Part shown: piece after piece, positions 1 through 12,100 of the stretch | Layout of the letters: each line of letters begins with the position of its first letter | How positions within the stretch are numbered: the first letter of the stretch is position 1 | Source of the DNA: Botryllus schlosseri | Lineage: Eukaryota | Direction of reading: 5' to 3' | DNA: 64,000 nt | NCBI GenBank assembly: GCA_051294905.1 | Contig: CM119379.1 | Coordinates: forward strand, 24,118,001 to 24,182,000 | Notes under the pieces: generated by a model | Seen by the model: the letters and a program-made list of their open reading frames with translations, nothing else | Databases searched by the model: none | Told to the model about the DNA's origin: nothing | Translations under genes and position numbers: made by a program

Positions 1-61
1 TTATACAAGCGTATTAGATATTGCCTGCGTTCAGGAATCGGAATAGCGGTTTCTTAAGAAG

Positions 62-111
62 TCAAATCGCTGAATCCCGGCGCTGTAATCTTCCCTGGCG
101 GCCAATCAGTG
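62..111 (-). CDS. UNC93A: UNC93-like putative exon 5 with early stop
   Basis: After a 57-nt intron it reads ALIG (family ALYG), then RQGRLQRRDSAI and TGA. Confidence 0.45.
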
Positions 112-3100
112 CTAGCAAGGTTGCGCACGGGTACAATGCACCACGATGAATTGGTTTATACGTCTTACCCGTGATCACCGCTTCGCGTATAGAATCCGAA
201 ACGCCAAGTAACGCAGAGACGACATAAATTTGCCAAATGTCGAATTCGTTAGCTCTCCACAAGACGCACCAGAGCAATACGAAAGCTTCTGTTGTGAGGG
301 CCAACCCCACGCAAAAATGGCGACTCACGTGATTTGAGCTTAATTGAAATAAACGGCATGTTATCGCCGATGAATGGCCAAAAATTGTCATGAGGAGACC
401 GATCTGAACGTAAGAAGTATCCGTGAAGTTATGAGACTATTATTGAGACAGGGATTAGGGCGATTACCTGATGTACGCTCATGGCACATGCGATGTAAGA
501 TCGCGTGAAGTCCCCGAAAATGAAGGCCATCATCATACCGTTATAAAAATTCAAAGGTGCGATCAGCACTTGCTTTATGTTGGTGATTTGTTCGCAGAAA
601 CTAGAGAAGACATGCCGTGCGATTTTTATCGCACTCGACGGCTTCACGTCTGCCTCCTGATGTTGAAGTTTATTTGGATTCCATAACAGTTTAGCGTGGA
701 GAACGCAGCAGCATATTTGGAGAAACGTGTAGCCCGCGAATAGTACGTAACGGAGTGTATCGTTGGAGATCGTCATGTTATTATCAGTGGTGTTACCACT
801 GTTTGCGTCGTATTCGTAACAATCCAGAGCGCCACATTCATACCTTAATGGTGTAAACAAGATTAAGGACTTCTGTAGCAGATACAATTGCAACAAAAGT
901 GGCAATACACATTGTGGATATATGTATCTAGTTGCATACCCAATACCCATATAAACTCTACGATTATTTCTTAAGCTGGGATCTGCGAACTAGTTTTAGG
1001 GGTCCGTGAAAGGGCAATCTTCAAATACATCGTCGAGAAACTGTAAAACCATATCATCCTTTGCCAATGACGCCGTGAGCGGGCCTGTGACTACCCTGCA
1101 TAGTTATTAGTTAGGTAATTTAAAGCATGGAATAGATAAATAGAGTTGAACTTGATATGATGACTGTTTTTATACAAATTATAGTCTAAAACAGTGATTC
1201 CCAAGCGCGGCCCTGAGGGCCGCATGCGGCCCCCAGCTAGCCTTCTTGCGGCCCCCAAAAAATATTAAGAAATCGAGTTATGACAGAAATATAAATTTAT
1301 ATTTATATAATACACTAGCTTGACTTGGAGTCTGGAGTTTTAAATTAAGATTGCAGGAAAGTCGTGAGTAGACTGCTATCGTTACGTCCAGTTGAACGAG
1401 CAGTAGCTATAGATATAGGTAAAAACAGGACTGTAACTGCCGCACGCCAAACCCCCAATGAAGGAGGGGGGCGAGCTCGAACGTGGCTCAAAATTGTTTC
1501 GTGAATTAGCATAAATTATAAAGTGTTTTTTGGCAAATTTATGCATCTTTTTCAATTTTTTTTTCTGTAGGCGTGATTTCATGCTGCCAAATATCTTGAT
1601 TTTTGGGTACTCATCCCCAAGAAGAAATGCGCAAGACTTATAAAAATGGGCATTGGCCATATCGGCGTAAGCCTTTACCGCGCCACGACGCACCCAGCGA
1701 GAAAACCTTGGCCGAACAGGACTGCCCTTATGCTGACCGAAAACGTCGTATATATACCAAATACTGTCTTGGCAATCTTAACCTCACGAGACAAATACCA
1801 TCCCGCAGGGAAAAATTATATTCCAGTGAAGAAATACTAATTTGAAATCGTGTGCGTCTCTTAGTTTAGAAGCCTACGTTTGGGCGATTTTATATTTTTT
1901 GACCTAGCAGACAGGCGGTCACGAAATAACATGTTACGGAATCATACTAATGGGCCCTACAGTTTCCAAGACACCTCATTCAGCTCTACCGGTAAATCTG
2001 ATTACGTGAGCAGCGATGGACAAGAAATTGATAGCAATATATATGCAATTCCCGATCATATTGACCGATTTTATCATGAATTATCGTAAATTTTCGCGCA
2101 TCGCGCTGGCTCACTTAACAGTACAACTAGTTTCGTGGCAAAAGCGAACAAAGTGATAGGGATAGGTTTATCACCCTATGGGAGCCAAAACCCAAGTTTA
2201 CCATTTTACTTTTGGGGGGCTGACGGAATGCTGTTTCGTTCCTGCCAACTGGTATATACGCGGGAAGATATTTAATTATTATTGAGGGGCCCTACCTTTT
2301 CAAACACACTTCCCTCGGCTCTACCTGTAAAACTGATTACGTGAGCAGAGAGAGAATAAAAATTGATGGCAATATATATGCAATTTCCGATCATATTGAC
2401 CGATTCAATCATGAGTTACAGAAAATTTTCGCGCTTAGAGCGTCCAGGCGATAAAACCTGACTCACTAAATCGCACCGAAAGCAGCATAATTGGTAGTCC
2501 TATAGCTCACGACCCAAGCGTCTGCATAATTTGATAGGTCCGGTCTTTATCGAAAGCTAGTTTCGCATTGGTTCCAAAAATGCCAATTGAAATATCGCCA
2601 GGGCAATAAAACTACTCCGAAATAGCCTCCAAAGGTCGACTGTTCTGAGCAATGGGAGCGCAGCAACACAATGACCATAACAATGGCCAATGGCGTCAAG
2701 TGATTGATCGGAACAATGCCAATTTTCATATTTTGATGACATTTTGGGTCCGTTTAATTGCCCTGGTATTCGTGCGGCCCCGACCGTGCTCTGAAATTCT
2801 AAATTTGGCCCTGACACCGAAAAAGTTTGGGAACCACTGGTCTAAAACGAGATTGGGTCACAAAGTAAAGACGCATTTTTTAGTCATCGCCTTTTGAGAT
2901 TTTTGGAGTAGGTCTGCTCACACAACCAGAGGTGGTCGAAGTAGTCAAGAAAGCTACTCAAGTAGAAGTAGAAGTAGCGACGGAAAAACCTACTCAAGTA
3001 CGACTAGAAGTACTTCTTCAATAAGCCACCTAAAACTACTTGAATTAGAAGTAGAATTATTTGGCTTTAAATCTACTCAAGTAAGTAAGAAGTTTCGAGA

Positions 3101-6100
3101 ACAGTCATAACTCGTTCGCATGGACTGTCAAAAGCTGCGAATTGAGCTATGCGGCAGGTGCAGAGAGCTTGATTCGTATTGATGCATCCCAGGAGGTATC
3201 AATTTTCGACAGAATAAGCATTGTTTCGCATCTTGGGATGCAAATTATAGTATTGATATGAAAATGCGATACTAACCCTTTGTTTACCAGAAGACCCCGT
3301 TTTTAGAGAATATCATGGGATGGCGCCCTACCCCATATTATAAGGCCCCAAGTTTAGGCGAAGAGCAATACGTAGAAGTTGTATCGGATACGGTTTCATC
3401 ACTTTGCGCGATTAGTATACGTTAATAACAAATATTGTGGATCGTAAAAGTAATATTTAGTGTAGCTTTATTTTCGGAAAATGGAGGCATTACTACACTT
3501 GCTTTTATGCTTCAACATGTATGTTCTGCAGAAAAAAGAACTGAAAGCAATTAGAACTCAAAGTACGATACTCGCAATTAAAAGTGAAATACAAATACCA
3601 CTATTAAAAAGCGGAAAATATATTTCATGTATTTTGTCCATAAAGCTTCAAAGGTGATCTGCTAAAACAGGTGTAACGTTAAAAAAAAAGCTGGATTTCC
3701 AGATTAGCAAGACACGTAAGGGGCTGCTGGATTACAATATAACAGGTAGTTGCTAGATTGTGAACGGGTAGTTTCAAACGTTATGCTGGGCCATATTTAC
3801 TGTAATGAAATATTTGATATGGGCGACAATGCGGTGTGATACGAACCAAGCAATCCGTACCTAAGTTACATTCACAGATACTTCATGAAAACATACTTGT
3901 CACTTTATCACTACTATGCGCAAAGCGCAACAAAATTTCCATGCTTTACTTGACTTTTATGAATATTAAATGTTGGTACTCCGTGAAAACAGCCCCGAAA
4001 TTCCTTAAGCTATATTTCGTATTTGGGGATTAAACTACTTCTACTTGACAAACGGAAAATAGCGAAAAGTAAGTAAGTAGATTTCAAGATATTACCAAGT
4101 AGAAGTAGAAGTAGAGAAAATCAGATCTACTTGAGTAAGTACCAGAAGTAGAGGAAAACTACTTGAGTACTTAAAAAAAGTAGAAGTACTTCGTTACTGA
4201 CCACCTCTGCACACAACCAACCACGAAACTTGAAGGGGTGCGCGATCATAGAAGTTTTAAAACCCCTGTGGTCTGCACCCTTGCAATGGCACGGGGGAAG
4301 GTCCGATATTACGAAACCCGGGCGTAAATACCGATCGACCCGTAATGCAAACTATAGCTGCCCGAAGATGAATCGAAATGTCTGCAGTTCACGGCTTACG
4401 TTAAGTTTCCATATTTTGCCGTCTACGACCATAGTTTTCGCAATATTTCGGAAGGTAGGATATTAAGAGTCTTTTAAAGAAACCCTTGTGACTTTAGAGC
4501 CAGCGGCTTGAAGTATCACGAAGGGTATAGATTGTGATGGCCGGTCAACCACTTGTCGCTGAAAAAGAATGTTGAGTGTTCGCCAAGCCTAACCCGCTTA
4601 TCGGCATTCGTGCGAGCAAAACTGCGTCGACCGGGAATCGAACCCAGATCTATTGCTTGGAAGGCAACAATGCTAACCTTTACACCATCGACGCCACACG
4701 TCGATTATCGGGTGTTCACTCTACAGTAATCCTAATTAGTAGGGATGTTGTGAACGTGAGGTTCACGTTCGCGTTTTGTGCGTGAACCTCAGAAATTTAA
4801 AGGTTCACGTTCACAAACGAACCTTGGCAGGTTCTGCACTGTGAACCTTTTTTTATATATTTTTCACTATATTATAGCATCTTTGGTTGAAATTTATTGC
4901 ATTTCAACTGCGGGCTACTCTATCAATGGCGGTGACAGCATAAAAAATCAACACTAAACAATAAGCATGTACCTTGACAATCTCAAAAATTTTACTCGCT
5001 TTGTTACAAAAGTTTGCTGGAAATACCCAGCTTTCCGTTTGTGAATATTTAGTGACTCTCTGCAGTGAGCTTACCCGCAATCACGCAACATCAAGATTGA
5101 AATACACTACATGTAGGACAGGTATAGTCAGTCAGAGAATGCGGATGCTTCCTCAACCAATCAATGAAATTGATATCGTTGTCTGGTGTAAAAAATCTAG
5201 CAGGTGTACGGGGTCAATCTTGATTTCATATGTTTATTAGGGGTCTTCAAAACTTCTTTTCTCAAATCGTACTGGCAGGGCCGTAACTGCCGCACCCCAA
5301 ACCCTCCAATTGGGGGGGGGGGGGCGAGCTCGAAGGGGGCCCAAAATTTTTTGGTGAATTAGCATAAATTATAGAGTTTTTTTTGAAAATTTATGCAACT
5401 TTTTCAAGATTTTTTCGCACTTAGCGCGATTTCAATTTGTCAAATATTATGATTCTTGGGTAGGCCTACTCTTCCCACAAGGAAACATACGCAAGATTTA
5501 TAGAAATGGACATATCGACGTTGGCCATTACCTAGGGTTAGCATATTGCGGAAATCTGAAAAGAGGACACTTTTTCAGAATTGTCAGACTTGCTAAACCG
5601 AAGAAGAATCTCAAAAAATGGTAAATTTCTCCCCCATTGTGGTCGGTTAACTATAAAAAAGAAAGGTCATCTCTCTCGCTCAGCGCCCAAAATACAGTTT
5701 TTCCCTCCACATTGTCAGTTGGTTGACTAAAAAGAAAGGTCAACTTCCCACTCAGCTCCCGAAATACCCGCCGAAGCGTCACTTCGGTGCTGATTTACGA
5801 CATGTCAGTTAAATTTTGCTATAAATATGACCAAAATTCTCAAGAAAAGAGGACAAAATCTCAAAAAAGAGGACAATGGGGCGTCCTCCGAGGACAGTTT
5901 CAAAAAAGTCAAAAAAGAGGACAAATCCTCTTAAAAGAGGACGTATGGTAACCCTACATTACCGCGCCACGACGCACCAAGACATATAAGGTTTTAGGCC
6001 ATGTGACACGTGACACCAAGAAGTGTGCCAGAACGATCGGCAGCGAGAAACCTTCCCCGAAAAAGACTGCCCTTATGGTGACCGAAAACTTCGTTATATA

Positions 6101-9100
6101 TACGAAGTACATATAGGTTTGATTGTCCATAGGCGCCTAAATGACTGTCGCCGAATGTTCCTGTCTTGGTAATCTGAACCTCACAAGACAAATACCATCC
6201 CGCAGGAAAAATTAGATGCTAGTGAAGAAATACCAATTTGAAATCGTGTGACGAAATAACATCATGTAACGAAGTCATACCAACGGGTCTGCCCGCCAGA
6301 AGATGTTTAATTATTTTTTACGGGCTCTACAGTTTCAAAGACACCTCACTCAGCTCTACCGGTAAATCTGATTACGTGAGTAGAGAGGACAAGAAATGGA
6401 TAGCAATATATATGCAATTCCCGATATAATTGACCGATTTTATTATGAATTATCAAAAATTTTCGCGCCTGGCGCTGGCTAACTGAATAGTACAACTTTA
6501 ATATCGTCGCAAAAGCGAACAACGTGATGGGGGGTCGGGTTATCACCCTATGGGAGCCCAAGACTCAAGTATTTTGTGGGCCTGACGAAGTGCTGTTTCT
6601 TTCCTGCCAACGGTTACACACCCAGAGATGTTCAATTATTATTGAGGGGTCCTACCTTTTCAAGCACACCTTAATCAGCTCTAGCAGTATATCAGATTAC
6701 CTGAGCAGTGAGGATAACATTTGATAGCAATATATATGCAATCCCGATCATATTGACCGATTCAGTCATGAATAATAGAAATTTCTCGCGCTTATCGCGA
6801 TTTGGGAAGCAAAGCTGACTCACCCAACGGACACCGAATGTAAACTAGAAGTAACGGTAAACAGCGTATAGCCTGAGGGGGGTCTGGGGGTCGAAGCCCC
6901 CAAACGTTCGGTTTATCACCCTATGGGGGGCCCAATACCAACGTTTTTTTTTTGGGGGGGGGGGCTGACGATGTGCTGTTACGGCCCTGCGTACTGGCTA
7001 CTTGATAAAATTGTTAGGTTACCTAATTTAAGCCTACACACCAAATTTGGTTCAATTCCAACCCGTAGCCGCATTGCTACAGGGGAAGAAAGTTTTTCTT
7101 TATTATATAAAAATAAATAACAAAAAATTTGAAAAATTTCTGTTCACCCCATGAAAGTGTTAGGTTCTCTATAGAAACGATGATCACCAAATTTGGTTTA
7201 ATTCCAACCAGTAGAAGCGGAGTTATTGCCGTCGCAAAATTTGGATTTGAATAAAATAATATTGCTTGGAAGGCAACAATGCTAACCTTTACACCATCGA
7301 CGCTACGCCAGTCCCGGGGTGTTTACTCTTCACCAATCCTAATTAAGCCAATGAGCGGCTCAGGTTTGGGCACAGTTAACCACGGTTGTAATGACTCGAG
7401 TGTCATGACTCGACTCGAGTCCGACTCGAGTCACGATTTTCTGATGAGTCGACTTGACTCGAGTCATTTTCTCAAAATACGGAAATGACTCGACTCGACT
7501 CGACTCGACTCGACTCAATCTGTGGATTGACTTGACTTGGACTCGAGTCATTGCGCATGACTCGAACCAAGTCATATGACTCGAGACTCAGACGGCCAAG
7601 TCCGACATTTCATTGTAATTCCGAACAATAGTAAAGTAACCATCCTACTGGCATTCCGCCTATTGGTACTGGTACTTGAAAATGAGACCTGAAACTGCCA
7701 AAAGTGGGGAAAATTAGTATATTATAAATGCGAACCATTCGATATCACGAAACAGAATTATAAAAAGTGGGGTTAACAATACTTTAACTGGAAACTGAGC
7801 AGTCAACACAATGACTTGGACTCGGACTCGAGTCATAATACCATGACTCGGACTCGACCCTCTGCTCGATGACTTGGATTTGGACTTGACTCGGTGGTGA
7901 ATTGAAAATGACTCGACTTGACTCGAGTCAAAACTATAAAAGTGAGATTGACTTGTGACTCGGTTACAACCCTGCAGTTAACCTCAGCAACTTGGCCGGC
8001 GATGATGGTGTAAAGCAGGGGTTCTCAACTTCCCTTGTATAACGGGCCGCATTTTAACAGCAGAAGACGCTGCGGGCCGCAGAAAAATATTTACATGTAT
8101 TTGTGGGCTACTGTTAAATTTAGGCTAATGGTTCCTATTTACCAGTCGTATACGGGCATGTAGTAGGCTACGTTTTTATGCATTCTAAAGCATTAATGGA
8201 CAGCGTTCGTAATTTTGCAGCTGCTGCTTGTTGTGAGAATATGTATCTTCTTGCGGCGCAAGTAAATCCCTTCATGGAGCGTGCATTGCATTCGATACCA
8301 AGTCGGTATATTCAACTTCAAACCCTTCCACCAGAGAACCGAACTCTTTGTTTCAATGTGTGACAGAGCAAGTATAAAATTACGGTAATTTTTGCGGTAC
8401 GGAGGCCATTATCACATTGAGCTCTGAGTGATATGAGAAGAAGTCTGGTGATCGGGGCCATTTCTGAGCGAACCAATCAACCATTTTCTTTCCTTCCAAG
8501 CCTGGGGCCCTGCAGCAATAATTACAGAAGTCAGCTTTGTCAAGTTGATATTTTTCCTGGTCCCCTCCCCACGTTGGCCCAGCCTGCATTTCCTCTACAT
8601 ATATGTCCGCACTGATAAAATTCGACCAGATAATTAGTTATGCAATATCGGTGGATTCGTCCGAGGCTGGGTTAAATTAGTCTACGCGGCAACGTGTTTC
8701 AGAACATGAGATAAAATATCGACTGACATTGATGTTTCTCGTATGGTCACGATTGAATCAGACGACTGTATCTTCGCAATTTGTCGGGTGATGTTGTCCT
8801 TGATACTAAGTTCCGGAAACAGCAAATATTCGCACAGAATGTTGCGGTTTTATTGAAATAACACCTTCTATAGCAGATTTCCTGGGTTTAGCGATATTCC
8901 AATCAATTTTGAACGATGTGTCTGTAACGTCGTCGGCAATCTCAACAACCGTTCGCAGTGAGTCTAACACGAGTACTCTTTAAAAGTGTAAGCCTACTTC
9001 GTAGTGGAATTCTCTTGAACTATAGAGTCCAGTCAAATACCTATTAGAAACAAATAACAATCCGAAGTCGAGCATATATCAAGAAACGAGAACACATTAA

Positions 9101-12100
9101 AGCAGTGGTTCTCAAACTATTTTAGACACGCCCCCGTTTTTGATAGGGCAAAGTTAGTGCCCCCTTATCGTCACAGAACAAAATGCAACCAGAATGCTAG
9201 CAATACAAACGGCTAAATCGATGGCATGGAAGGTTATGGCTGTTGATGAGAGAATTCTCAAATATGAAATTCTGACTATACACCGAGACATAACCAGGAA
9301 TCGGAGATAAATTGCGCGCAGCGCAAAATTTTTTTTTACAGTTGACCGCAGCTTCACGCCCCCTTCAGACGCTTTCAGGCCCCCAAGGGGGCGCGTCCTC
9401 CAGTTTGAGAACCACTGCTTTCAAGAATGAGTAATCAAACGAAAGAGAGGCAATATGCGATAAAAGAGCAAAGTATCTAAATTAATTTCTAAAAATACCG
9501 TGTCAGTAGTAATTGCGTTTATAATGAAAGATGTCGCGGGCCGCAAAATAAACGTCTGCGGGCCGCGGGTTGAGAACCCCTGGTGTAAAGGTTTGAATCC
9601 AGCCGGCGACGCAGGTTCAGTTTGACACCCCTGCTTGACGCCGCACTAGTTGTGGATGTTGACTGTGCCCCTCATAGGCTCACTTGTGAAGTATAATATT
9701 TAATGATCAAAGTTGCGTCGACCGGGAATCGAAGCCAGATCTATTGCTTGGAAGGCAACAACGTTAACCTTTACACCATCGACGCCTCACCAATTCAAGA
9801 TGTTAACTATGCCCTGACCGTAAGCCACCCATAGGCACTTAGGCACACATGTGTAAAAATAATTATTGATCAAACTTGCGTCGACCGGGAATCGAACACT
9901 GATCTATTGCTTGGAAGGCAACAATGCTAACCGTTACACCACCGACGCCACACCCACAGTGTAATTAGCAGTTGGTCAGATTATCCCAAACACTCTCATC
10001 TATCCGATAATGCTTTCAATCTTGACATCAGATTTTATACTACGAGGAACTATTTTAATTTGGATTGAGCAATATTATTATTGAGTGGTGATGTCATAAA
10101 CATTCATTCTCAAGATATTATTTACTTTACAGCTTACCTCAGTAAAATCAAGGATATATCGCAGACAACTACTTTACGACAATAATACATTATATTAGCA
10201 AGTCCCGCATTGGCACCTCATTTTCATAAATGAAGAATACGATTAGCATGGGCGTAAATACACTGACACGAAATATCATACGGTAATGAAAACATTACCG
10301 TGCATGATCGGAGAAATTCGTCGCACTTTGCGTATTTTGTGATAAATCGAATCGTAATATCGAATAGGCCATCATATTCCCGATTACCTAATGGAATAGT
10401 GTATAATCAATATCGGCCGAATACCCTGTCCATCAGTCAGCCATAATGCACAATGGTAGAACATGATATATGATATGATATACTGGAACGTTATTCAATT
10501 GTATATCATCTTTGTTTTGATTGGCGCTAATGGCAATGCCGGTTTTTCGTACCATAGACTATATTTAAAATCATTGTGTTACAGGCAAATAGATTAGCAG
10601 TGCACATGATCAGGATATATGACGTTGAACACTTCTGAATTGACTTATTATCAGTTACGAATTGCGCAACTGTGAGCGAAAGCTGAAAATTGATAGGCAA
10701 CTTTTTTTTACAACTTTCGGCAGCTTCCTAAATACTCAGAAGTTATCTAGTATGGTGTTTTAAGCTGTTTGGAGGAATCTGATATTGCAACTTTTTACAA
10801 CTTTTCTTCCTTTTTTCATGCTACTTTTTGCAACTCTTTTCGATTTTTCATGCAAATTTGTGCAGGTGTTTTCGATTTTGTATGCAACCAACTTTTTACT
10901 GGAAATATTAGGCACTATATGTAAACAGATCATCCTCATCATCATTGGCTTATTAGCAATTTTATCAGTTCAATACACCACAAAAATGCGATACAATGAA
11001 AAGATAGGAAGGTGTCGAAGCGACTTGGAGTAATCTATGGAATCAGACACCCACCTTGGCCTAGGCGATGTAAAGAGGAGGCATGCACACTGAATGAAAA
11101 GTAAAGAAGATAGTGTAGAAAAAAGCAAGTAACAAGAATGCCATGGAAGGCGAGATCGATAGGTCAGTCGTGGTCCGGTAATCTTGAGGATGGTTTCGCT
11201 TGATTATTTCACTGTCGTTTAAATTTGAGGTCTTTTCTGATTTGACTACATTCAGGCTAGACCGCCGAAAACTGTGTTTTCAATGCGCCAATTTTTTCAG
11301 GCTATTGATTTTGTTGAAGTCCCCAACATTGAGTCTTGCTACAGTGCCTTGCTGGATACCGAACGCTTCGAGTATCTTATACCCTAATAATTTCAAGAAA
11401 CTTGTCCATAATTTGCAACTTTTTAGTGCAACTTGTGTGAAAATTAAATGCAACTTTTTTAACGCAAATTTTGTGAAAAATAAGTGCAACTTTTCACGGT
11501 TTTGACTGCAACAAAAACCTGCCCTACTAATCATACATACACAATCATACAAATATATCATATACATCCTATACCATACATCATACATGCACCATACTTC
11601 ACTTACTAAATAGGCTGAAAACACGGCGTAAAATCTCCCGGAGAACCACACCAGTTTCTTCTTAACGTTTTCGCGGACAGCAGATTCACATTCGTCTTTT
11701 GATGTCTCTGTACATTATGCAGACAATCCACCATAGCAGAATATCATCAACCAACCAGTACATTACCTACTGCTGGTAGTAAGTGAAACAGTCGCTGTCG
11801 CAAATGACGAATTGAAACTTGTCACAGCCGGCCATATGAAGGCCTCGCCTATTCCCAACAGCACGGCAGCAGGATATAACGTGAACTTTGCTAAAACATA
11901 ACATGAACAGTACATTATACGGTACCTTGACAAATACGTTCAGTTCAGTACACTCACCAGGATAGATGTTCGCCAAGGTAAATATCACGAAAGTCACATC
12001 GGCGCTTATCACCAATGCCTTGGCACCGACTCGCTCCAGTAAAACCGGAGCGAAAGTCAGGTTCGCAAGAATCGTGGTGGCAAAACATATTGCCAAACTC

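Larger units (their letters stand above)
5238..7260. mobile_element. Half of a fold-back MITE hosting nested hAT insertions
   Basis: TAGGGGTCTTCAAA start; resumes at 6998 exactly as the uninterrupted copy at 34781; ends at the palindrome centre. Confidence 0.75.
8016..9582 (-). mobile_element. Internally deleted Buster/Charlie hAT transposon with transposase remnant
   Basis: Perfect TIRs CAGGGGTTCTCAAC / GTTGAGAACCCCTG; perfect TSD GTGTAAAG; minus-strand transposase-like peptides. Confidence 0.92.
7995..9613 (+). pseudogene. Degenerate, internally deleted tRNA-Gly-like copy split by a hAT insertion
   Basis: Removing 8016-9582 and one TSD copy gives GCCGGCGATGATGGTGTAAAGGTTTGAATCCAGCCGGCGACGCA, which resembles tRNA-Gly in the opposite orientation. 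Confidence 0.55.

Noticed and set aside
1382-2089. Cluster of short ORFs (also 5994-6724, 10760-11651, 45494-45823)
   Set aside because: All lie in non-coding MITE interiors that recur elsewhere with frameshifts
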